Assembly: GCA_020137815.1 (NCBI GenBank)
Contig: CM035357.1
Span: 6,882,001 to 6,946,000, forward strand
From: Hormiphora californensis
Lineage: Eukaryota > Animalia > Ctenophora
Length of the DNA: 64,000 nucleotides
Reading direction: 5' to 3'
Under the pieces are notes generated by a model that saw nothing but the letters and a program-made list of their open reading frames with translations, had not been told where the DNA came from and did not search any database. This document shows positions 14,069 to 25,800 of this stretch, one piece after another. Made by a program: the position numbers and the translations under genes. The number at the start of each line of letters is the position of its first letter. Position 1 is the stretch's first letter.

Positions 14069-14101
<33 letters not shown>

Positions 14102-17100
14102 CTGTTCACCATTTATTAAGTCGAAGGGCTACTTTTACTAATGATTCCTCGAGAAGTCTTCTTGGCAGTCTAATATAACTAATTGCAGGTCATGGGAAAG
14201 CCTGAGGTATCCTGTGTTGCGTGGACGAGTGATGAGTTTAACATCTATAACATGTCCAGTGATCTATCTGGCAAGGGATGGAACTTAGCTGTACTACAGT
14301 TCCCTGCTGGTTAGTGTGTTACATGTCAATAATATTAATAAAGCTAAAGTTTGTATAAATATATTCCAGTTTGTATAAATATATGTCTGGTGACGCCGGA
14401 TGCAGATACCGTTTTGACTTGTTCAGTTAAAGGGGTTAATCATCAAGGGTTGATAGTGCGCTCTCAGGTCAGGTCGGCGCCGCCAGATGACAGAGATCTT
14501 TAGCAAGATCTTGATAAAGATCTGTCTTGTCAGAGTAACGAATATATTAACCTGACATCGAGGTTGGAGCAGAAAATTAAAATGATGCATTCCCCTTACA
14601 AAATTCCCATGACTGCAATTTTAATCTGTATGTCCTGTCAAAATTTTCATTTGGGGGACTATGTCCGATTCCTCTTTCTCTCTTGTGCGGGGGAACGGTA
14701 AACTAAATCACCTGTCTCCGTATAATAGTCAACTACCAGGGAGAAACGTTGACAAAAATATAAGATTAAAAGCATCGACGGGGAAATTCTATGTAATGTT
14801 TTAGCTCTCCGCTCCCATATTAATTTGAATATAATCGATCTCAGCGGAGTCAGCGGAGTATGAAATAGAAGGACTAAGTGCTGATCTGCAATAGCAAGCA
14901 ATGATGTCCCATTAAATTTTAAGATGCAAGGGTGGGGTTGTGGGGTCCCTGCCGTCCCCGACTACACCATTTTGGTCAAAGGTATTGTTTCCATTCGACA
15001 TGCTTCCAACTAAATACTATACAGTATACCAGTGTGGTGAGAGTGTATTTAGATTGTGTGAAGTGAGGGTGAGTGGTGATGGTCTCAGGTTTTGTTCTAG
15101 AAAGGTACTATCAAAACACAAGATATACCAAAGTGGTAAGTAATTTTTCAAAAATTACTTACCAAATCAAGGTCCTGTCTCCAAATAAAAAAACAGCAAA
15201 TATTGTGTATCCAGAAGTTTTGTAACTGATGTTTTTCTATTTGGAGACAGGACATCAAAATATGTTGTTTTACTTTTAAACATTTCCTCGGATACAATTT
15301 ATCAGCACTATTAGTGGCATTATTTATGAAGGAGTATCATAATGTTAGATCATTTCACTAGAATAACTTTCGTCATTTGTATGTAGTTGCAGCAGCTCCT
15401 CTCCCTATTGTTGTGTCACAAGCCGATGTGGTTTATTTCACTTTATTAAGAGTTCCAGATTTCGGAGATAATGAGACTGTTCTGGCCCATGCAAATAACC
15501 TATATCAAGAAGAAGAATTGGAGAGATTATACGGAGCAAGTTTCCTTCACCTTATTTTTGTATTGTAATTTTGAGACACTCCGGGTTCCTCCTGGCCGGT
15601 ATTTATACGTCGCAGACTGGCGTTATCAAAACGTGAGCAGGGGCTTGCAACTCCGTCAACTTGGCGTCGTGGTCCCCTATCGGCTTATCACTATCTTCTT
15701 CTTCTTCTTCTTCGTAGAGGCTGTCTCTGCTTATCACTATCAGTGCAGGTGTGCGGTGAAGGAAACTTGCTCCGTATAATCTCTCCAATTCTTCTTCTTG
15801 ATATAGGTTATTTGCATGGGCCAGAACAGTCTCATTATCTCCGAAATCTGGAACTCTTAATAAAGTGAAATAAACCACATCGGCTTGTGGAGCTCCTCTG
15901 CAAAAACCGTTATCGGTGGTCCTTAACCGAATTACCAAACTCGGAGCATGTCCGAACATACTGTTACAATTATGGGGCGTGCTATCCCCTACCTTAATAT
16001 GAGCCATGGTAATTTGCCCATTCACATAAATACAACCAGGGGTTTTATATATATCACATCACTTCAAGTGATAACTAAAACCCTGAATCTATAACATACT
16101 ATTAACTATCATAGGGGGCACATATCCAGTGACCCCGCATCCACCTCTCTCTCCAAGGAAGTTTCCAAAGAGAAATAGCTTCTGCCCGAGTATCCATTTT
16201 CTCGGCCCAACCATTACCAAAACCATTTCGGTAGTTCCACTCCTGTTGGATATATGACAGGCTAGGGGGCACATAATAGTGACCCCGCATCCACCCCTCT
16301 CCCCAAGGAAGTTTGCAAAATTAATTAACGCCTGTTCGAGAGTTCATTTTCTCGGTCCAATCATTACCAATCTAGCTTGGTAGTTTCAACATCCATGGAG
16401 TATAATTTCCCCATATTATGTCACTAATCTGTCAGAACTTTGGCCTGACCCTATTCTCATTTCTTCAAAACCGTGGCCACTTGGCCGGACAACTGGCGAT
16501 CAATGATCGCCCAGTAGTTAATTTCAATACTACCGCCCAGACACGAGCTGTTGATTCACCGCATAGAATCTAGACTATTATGTGCTCTAATTACAGTCTT
16601 GAACTGTACACAAAACAATACCATCGATTATGTATTGACCGATATATTCCACTTTGAGTGTGGATCCAGGTACACAACGGATGGTTCTATTGGCTGCATA
16701 AACTACTCTTATTTGAGCATAAATTCTCATCACATTTCACAATGTGGGTTCATTACCTATTAGCTATAAACTGCTCTCATTTGAGCACGATTACTCGCCA
16801 CAATTACTCAACATATTGTATCGGTCTTCTTCAATACCCATGGGTTCCTGTCTGGCGGCGCCAGACCCCAATTTCATTCTCCCCATTTATGGGGTTCATT
16901 CACCATTATCGGCAAACTGCTCATATTTGAGCATTATTCGTCTGCCTGCTTGTGGAGGGTTCATCCCTGCACAGATTGAGCATACCAGCTTAGAAGCTAA
17001 GCTTGTCATTCCATAATAAATCAGCAAGATAGGTCAGAGGTCTTGCTTAAATTAAACACATCACACTTGATAATGCTGCTATGCATTCAAACTTATAAAA

Positions 17101-20100
17101 CTGGTTCATATTACCAGTACTGCATTGCCCGGTAAATCGGGGTCAAATACCGTAAATTTCCTATTTTGGGGGAAGTTTACCCTCCCGGTAAATTGGGGTT
17201 CCGGTAAATCGGGGCCCGGTAAATTTGGGTCCGACTATAATAGTGGAATATCAGCCACTACCAGTACATTGAGTTATCAGTGGAATATCCACTATCAGTA
17301 CATTGAGTTATCGGTGGAATTATCCACAATAAGTACATTGAGTTTAGTGGACTATCTCCACTATCTCCACTATCTCCACTACAAGTCCATTGATTTACAA
17401 GCGGACTATCACCACTAACAGTACATTCATTTACATTCACCAATAATAACACATCATATCAGATCATACTTACATAATACATATTATATATCCTATATAT
17501 TCATGGGGGAGTCTTCTGGTAAAATCTAAGGAAAAGGTAGCATACACTGCTCAAATACCCAAGAAAGAACGCCAAAAGGAAGAGCAGATCCCAGCGGATC
17601 TCTCCTGGGTACCTGTATGACACACTTCCCCTACAATTTCCCAGGTGCCCTGTTCGCTAGTTATTCACTGCACACCATACAACTATACCTGTATTCACAT
17701 ATTAATTCACTGCACTCAATACAATTACATGCATTCACTTACAAACATTGAACAGGGCCATGGCCATACTTAATTACATTTCAATATTCCGGTGGAAAAT
17801 ACCTCCACCCCGGTGGGAAAACACCCCCACCCAGGCAATGCCTAACAAAATCTATTTACCTCCCCCAACAGTGCAGACTTTTCTTACCTTATTCGTTGTA
17901 CGTAGTATATCTCATATCATATCCGGTGGTTGAATACTGTGCCGTCAACTGTAGCTTCCATCACCACTTGTCCCCGACTTTTCCTCAAGCCATCATTATC
18001 TCTTCTGTCTGGTGATCGTACTCCTCTCCAATGATTCCAATGAGTGGGTTATGAATATGGGTCACTCCCATCCCACCGTGTCACTTACACCTTTCACCCG
18101 TTCCGGGTTTAAATCATCCTACTCTGGAACAGTAAATAGTGGGCATACAGAGCCCAATTTCATAGCCTTTAGGTAGTTCAACTTCTACCTGATATTGGTC
18201 ACTTGTCATTACACAAGACAACAATCCAATCGTATTGACCGGCTCAATCGGAATAGTATCCCGGCCGGTGGTCCACCAAACACGCACCTTACAGAATGAT
18301 CAATGGTGATCAACAGTATACATCAATGGTGTATTACATCACTTCTTGACTTCCATCCAATATATGGAATACCTTCACATGATGATGAGAGGATGGTATC
18401 CTCTGCTTTCAAATTCAAAATAATATACAACACCCCTCATAACTGGGGACCTGACTGAGCGAGGTATCATGTTTCCTCCCACATGTAAGAGACAAATCAG
18501 CAGGGGATTATTGTTCAGCCCCTGGATATCAGCAACATCTGCAACAACAAAATATACTTGTATCTCCACAGTATGTGGAGCTAGCCCGATACTCATTCGA
18601 TCAAACTGTCGCGCACAGTACACACTGCACAACTCATAGTAGTGCCCTATGCACTAATCAGATTCCATTCACAGGGGTCTCTACTAAAATTAGAGCCTTT
18701 ATTCACTTATTATTCACCAAACCGTACCCGTGCAGTGGATATTATATATTTCCACACACAGTTGTCAGTTAATAGACACAGGTGTGTAATATTTTAGGTT
18801 TCCACCTTCTGACTCCCAATGCTAATTGGGACAAAGACTCCTGCCGAGGTGTTTCTCACGCCATCCGCGTCCACCTCGTTAACAGCCCCCATTATATTTG
18901 AGGGTGTACCTAAATCAGAGGATCTATTCCCTCTACAGGACCATGGTTACTCCCCGGCCCCCGCTGTTAATTCCAGCCCTGGTTTCCAGGATAATTACTG
19001 TAATTAGACCAGTCATTATGGTACTCAGATCCGTTGTCCCAATTATCAGACCAATTATTGCGGTCACCAGACCAACTTTGTCCTCCAGAGTTTAACTCTC
19101 TGGAGTTCCCGGGATACCTTCCCCAACAATCCGAACACTCCCAACGTGGTGTTCGATCATTATCGTACTGCATGTTATTCTGATATTGGTAATCAGATAT
19201 CAGGGGTATATTCCTCAAACTGTCGTGAAGGCCCAGATCGATTCACTTGTGAGAATTCAGTTCTGAAAGCTGGGACTGCTACAGCCTCCTCTCTTCTCTC
19301 AACAACTCTCCCCCGGATGGTTTTCCGGGCCTGATGCGAGATTTCAAGCGTTATTGCCTCCTCAAGGAGTCTATTAAAATTCATATTATTAATGTTCCGA
19401 ATTAGCTGTATGCTAACCTCATCATTTATAATACCCGCAGCTAGAGCATCTTTCATTACCGAGTCCCTACTACTCCTTGCAATTGGATCCGTGTTAGGGA
19501 ATCCAATGTTACCCAAATCTCGGAGTCTCTCTCCGAATTCATGCACTGATTCACCAGCTTTTTGGCTGGAATTTCGAATATCAAATCGTGCTTTTAATGC
19601 GTTATATCTAGAGCTATCCTCTAGAATTCTCCGAGCACCCTCCTTATACACAGCCCAGGACGACGTGTCCAGGTTCGATTCGACAATTCGTTCCTGCATT
19701 TTTGGTGGCAGGTATGTTACAAAACCCCCGATAATGGCTGCTTCACTCAGCCCCAAGACATTAACAAAGGCCTCATAACCACAGAGGAACTGTCTTATAG
19801 TCATTTGTGCAGGTGAGTACACCAGCGGCTGTCTCATTCCCGCTGTCAATAAGCGGGTATCTAGTTCCTTGTTTCCTCCCAAGGCTCTCTGCAATTTTAA
19901 CAGGGCTTTAATTCCCTGTTTATTCTCCTCCGGCAGATCGTGAAGGTTTTCCTTCCTGAGTAATTCCTCCAGCTTTCTTTCAAAAGCTGCCTCCGCTGCT
20001 TTCACCGCATCGGCGAAATTGCCTGGCTCTAACCCAGGTTCTATCCTGGTTACAGCACCATTTGTGGGGTCCCTGCCGTCCCCGACTACACCATTTTGGT

Positions 20101-22759
20101 CAAAGGTATTGTTTCCATTCGACATGCTTCCAACTAAATACTATACAGTATACCAGTGTGGTGAGAGTGTATTTAGATTGTGTGAAGTGAGGGTGAGTGG
20201 TGATGGTCTCAGGTTTTGTTCTAGAAAGGTACTATCAAAACACAAGATATACCAAAGTGGTAAGTAATTTTTGTATTGTAATTTTGAGACACTCCGGGTT
20301 CCTCCTGGCCGGTATTTATACGTCGCAGACTGGCGTTATCAAAACGTGAGCAGGGGCTTGCAACTCCGTCAACTTGGCGTCGTGGTCCCCTATCGGCTTA
20401 TCACTATCTTCTTCTTCTTCTTCTTCGTAGAGGCTGTCTCTGCTTATCACTATCAGTGCAGGTGTGCGGTGAAGGAAACTTGCTCCGTATAATCTCTCCA
20501 ATTCTTCTTCTTGATATAGGTTATTTGCATGGGCCAGAACAGTCTCATTATCTCCGAAATCTGGAACTCTTAATAAAGTGAAATAAACCACATCGGCTTG
20601 TGACACAACAATAGGGAGAGGAGCTGCTGCAACTACATACAAATGACGAAAGTTATTCTAGTGAAATGATCTAACATTATGATACTCCTTCATAAATAAT
20701 GCCACTAATAGTGCTGATAAATTGTATCCGAGGAAATGTTTAAAAGTAAAACAACATATTTTGATGTCCTGTCTCCAAATAGAAAAACATCAGTTACAAA
20801 ACTTCTGGATACACAATATTTGCTGTTTTTTTATTTGGAGACAGGACCTTGATTTGGTTTGGATTCCCAACACGGCTCATCGCCACATATAGCTGCCCGT
20901 GACTGAAGAATGAAGATTCGTGGCAAGCCACACCCACTCTTTCCATTGTTTGTCCTGAAAATATGAGCATGTATATAATACTCTACAGTCAACGTGTATA
21001 CGATATTGTCTTTATGAACGACATTTACCTTGTGCTTTGTTTGAAGTGAGGACGAATGATGGCCGGACAGGGAATTGTTTCCGGGTCAGCTTGAAGGGGA
21101 AAAGGTTATCACTTGGGGACATCGGGATTCTTGGAATCATGATCTCGTTTCCCTCAAATGGTCCGTGTGATATAGCCGCGAAGATGGTATGTGTGCCAAG
21201 TGCCTGAAAGTGAGAGGTGCAAATTGGTTAGAAGTGCAACTTAGCGGTAGTATAGAATGTTTTTTAGTATACTTAACATAAAATTCATTTCCGTGCACCT
21301 CTTACTTTAATTGTGTATGTCGTCCCATTGCAGTGGCCGTGTTGGGGGTGGAGGTTCCTAAGTAGCATAATCGGGCATCCCACCTTTAACGTCAGGGATA
21401 TAGGCGGGAACCCAGATGGGGTTAGTGAGTTGAGGAACTCCTGGGGATACAGATGTTGGTCTTGATCGACCGAGTCATAGCCTCTATAAACCTTCGCATC
21501 CCCTGAAAAATAAGTCGATGAAGAAAAGGATGAAGACGGTAAAGATAATATGAATATATCTCATAAATAGATGCATACATACCCGGGAAACGATCAAGCA
21601 TCTTGTTATTAAGATAATCCAGAGTTTTATTGGTCGGAACGATCAGGGCTCGCCTAGAAATCCATCTTCCGTCGCTGTATCGATTCTCCAAACCCTCAAA
21701 TACCCAGTCCATCAAGTTCTCTATTGTCCCGTTGAACGCCATATTTTCACTTATGGCGATCAGGTTTCCATTGTTAAGAGGTAATCGTCCGCTCCCAAGA
21801 TGCGAAAGATAGTCTGCGTATGATCCATTATCTCCACTCATAACGCTTCTCATGTTTGTGGAAAAGGTGAACGTCCTGATGTCTTTCCATATATAACTCT
21901 TTTTGAGGCACGATTGCACTATTTGTCCCCTTCCTCCTTTCCGCACTACAGGCAATACCTGTTTCCAGTCTCCCGAAAAAACCTAGGGAATTAAAATTTA
22001 AATAATAAGTTAAATAATCATACTATTATGTAACAATGCACCATAATAGATTTGAACTTACAACAGTCAGTCCTCCAAATGAAATATCTTGCTGTAATAG
22101 GTCTCGCAAAGAACGGTCGAGGGCTTCAAAAACGTGCTTGTGACCCATGGAGCACTCATCAATCACCAGAAGTGACGCCCTTTTCAGAAGTTTCCCTGTC
22201 CCATCCCTTCTTGAAAACCCTGATATATATTTCGTGATGAACTGTGATAACCGTTTTTTACTCACAATAAACATTAACTGTGAGTATCTAGATACAATTT
22301 TGTTGAAATGTACCTGCTGTAGAAGAACTGGATAATTGCAGTGGAATTTTACAACGTGAATGGAGTGTTCTCCCTCCCGTTAGCAACGTTGATGCTATCC
22401 CGGACATAGCTGTTGCGATGGCGATCAACCCTTGACCTCGGACCGTGTCCAGCAATATATTTAGAGTATGAGTTTTTCCAGTTCCGCCGGACGCTTGTAA
22501 TGCAAAGCAATTAGCTACAGAATCAGATTGAATAGAATCCAAAACTGCCGTGTAGAATCTTTCTTGCTCATGGTTTAAAGTCGCTATTCTTGATGATAGT
22601 GAAATTTCAATTTCTGGAGAGAAAAGTGACAGTTGTTCCGTAATTAAACGATCTCCTTGTGGGTTTTCTTGAGCGCCAGTCAATTCGATTTCCTTGAAAA
22701 TAAATTCACATAATCACAATCAGATCAAATTTAACAGTTAGCATGCCAAGCCGTAGGGT

Positions 22760-22845
<86 letters not shown>

Positions 22846-25800
22846 TGGGAGATAAAAAGATGACGATGGATCGGGTATCAGATTGGAAAATACATACCGG
22901 ATATGGCAAATTAAAGTCTTCTAATGTATAATCTTGATCTTCCAGCGCATTCTTGATGTAAGTAAGGGAATCGTTTCTTGTTGTGTCCACAGATAAATCA
23001 TCACTAAATCGTTCCCAAAATGCACTTGGGTCCGATGGCTTGTGATACAGCAGTATGCTGATGAAGAAATCTCGTAGAACATCACCACACTGCAAATATT
23101 TTTTGGGTAAAAAGGACTAAAGTCGAAATGGGTTGTTTTGTGAATACCTTAACTGACACAGCTTCGTCCATGGTAAGATTGATTGAGTTGTCGTCTTCTA
23201 AGATACCATATCTAACACAGGCTTTTTGAAATGATCCGCAATGAACTCCATTGATCGTTAGAAGATCGTCAAAAGAAGTTGCTCCGGCCTGTTGTGAGAA
23301 AGATTCATTCAGATTTTTTAGTCTTATTTCTTAGATAGTACATGATTCTTTGGTGTTATTATTACCTTATGATATAAGAGAAGTCGAAGATAGTACTGCT
23401 CAGATTGACGGGGACTCAGGTTTATGATAGGAACTCTACCGATGGAAAACCCTCTTTTTCTTCTTTGCCATGACCTATGTAGGATAATTATTTATGAAGG
23501 AGCAAATACATTACATATGGTTTTCAGATCAAGCACTAAAGTGTCTCTTGATTAATTTAATTTTGGTTGATATTTTGGTATGTTACTGCGAAGCGGAAAA
23601 AGAGTAGGCATGTTTAAAGAGCTGGACCGTATCCTGGAAGAAAGGGTGGAAGAAAAAAATCCCAATCATAACAACTTGATGAAAAATTTAGAGATACTTG
23701 ACAGGAAAAAAAGATATATGCTAAAATTGAAAAGAGTAAGTGACACCTTCTCTCGTTTTAAATACTAATTTTATTCAATAACCCATAATGTCACATCTTT
23801 TCAGTTACAAAGGAAAGCAGAAAAAAATCTTGCAGAACTTGATATAATGAAGGAAATCCTTGACAATGACATATGCTACTCAAGTTTTATAACTCATTCT
23901 ATGATGCACCACATTTATTCTATGTATTAAAGTACCTTGTTTGCGGTATCCAAACGTAAAATTCAGGAAAATCTGGATAGAGAATATGTCTTGCACGGCT
24001 ATCACACTGATTGGCTTCAAAGTAGGCAAGAAGTTTTGTTTTTGGAGGACCTTCTTGAAGTGCTTCCTCTTCCTCCCCGTCTTGGAAAAAAACAGTCTGT
24101 TGGTTGGGAAGATGCAGATCCAGCAGGAGCACAGGTGGTGTTCGGAAACTCAAAGAGTATTGATAGATCCGCCAGAATGCCTCAGTGGCTGATATGTATC
24201 GGGCATTCTCATAACTTTCCACCTCATCATCTGCATTCATGCTCATGACAACTCGATCTTGACCTTTGAGGATATACTGAAATTAAGAAATGTGATTCAA
24301 CTTAATATGTTGGTAACTAAAAATAGTTAACATGATGCAACAATGGTGATTCGTACCTTTATAATGTATTACCTTATTTAGAGCAAAAACTAATTGAAAT
24401 TAGTTCGCCAGAAAGGTGGCCCATTTTGAACTTACTCCTTCATTTCCGTCACCTTTGAGTTGAGGTTTCAAAGACATTGAGGTACCCGTAAACTTTTCCG
24501 CCTTCAACTCAAAGGTGACGGAAATGAAGGAGTAAGTTCAAAATGGGCCACCTTTCTGGCGAACTAATTTCAATTAGTTTTTGCTCTAAATTTGTACTCT
24601 TTTTTGGTCGTTTGAGGTCATTTATGACCTCAAACAACTAAGATAATTGTCAACTAAAGTGTTCAAATGTAATTCAAATGTATCCTGGGTTGTAGGAAAC
24701 TGATTTGACGAAATTTTCAAAATTCGACATCGTTTTGACGTCGTGACGTCACATGTGACGTCACGACGACGTGAAAAATTATGACAGACTTTTAGAGCTA
24801 TGAAGCACTAAACGTGTGGAAAGTTTTAAAGGCCACGGTAGTCAAGAACTGAAGTTATTGCACGAAATGTGAGTTTTGGATGTGGATTTTTATATCAAAT
24901 TTTTGAGTTCCGACGCGTTTTAAGGTCTGAAGATGACACATTACAGAAATTCACTATATTGTATCTGAAAGTTCAGACAATTTGCCACTAACGATTTTCC
25001 GTCAAATCAGGAATCAGAGTACGTCTTGAGGGTGTTAGAGGCGTTTGAAAATTTTTGGTCTGAGATTTTGCAATGACGTCACTTTGTGACGTCATTATAC
25101 CCGTCATAGTGGACATTTTCACTTGAAACCTTAACTAATGCATGCCCCGAACGATTTCCTAACGGATAAAACTTGGTTCAAGTCTCTAGCTAGTATGGTT
25201 CGAGCTACAAGTGTTACACAGTGAAGCGTCTATATCTATCTATCTATATATATATATATATATATACCTATCGCCACACTGAATTTTCTGTTTTGGGGGT
25301 GGTGTCATAACTTGCGACCGAAATGAGCTAGCTACTTGAAATTTTTACCGTCAGTAAAGGTCTATGTGAAGCTTCTTGGCACCAAATTTCAGCCTCCTAG
25401 CTCATCTGGTTCCGGAGTTAGGAGGGGTCGAAAAGTGCCAAAATGGGCTAAAACTTCAAAATTGTTATATCTACGCTGTTGGCAAGCGGGCCCACTTTTT
25501 CGGGAAAAGTTTTTGGGGGATGGGATGGGGCCACCTTTGCGCTTGCCAGCGCAGTGATATAAGTATTTCACACACTTAGTTGAATGCACTACTTCAACAT
25601 TTATGTGGCAATTGTATCGTAGTGTCAAGATTGGATTGTATGGAACAACCCAAGAGTTATCGAGAAATCCGGTACGGTGCTGGATAAGAGCCCCTCTTCG
25701 CCTCCGATATTCGGGATAGTTATGGACATCGAGTGTTGTAGACTCTTGTAGTTTCTTCGGATACGACTTCGAACAGTGTCTTTCGTTTTCTTCTCCTACC

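Larger units (their letters stand above)
12045..14070. mobile_element. Non-autonomous TIR element (GGGGG(T/G)TCCAACCTATTT ends, MULE-like) carrying a 63-bp tandem array
   Basis: TIRs at both ends embedded in G-runs; homologous to 55121-57037 in the opposite orientation; 63-bp array at ~13225-13760. Confidence 0.7.

Noticed and set aside
20657-20661. CTAG as the Helitron 3' terminus
   Set aside because: Not followed by T and lacks a properly spaced GC-rich hairpin
14938-20858. DIRS/Ngaro split-repeat retroelement
   Set aside because: The inverted segment includes Helitron coding sequence and no tyrosine recombinase is evident
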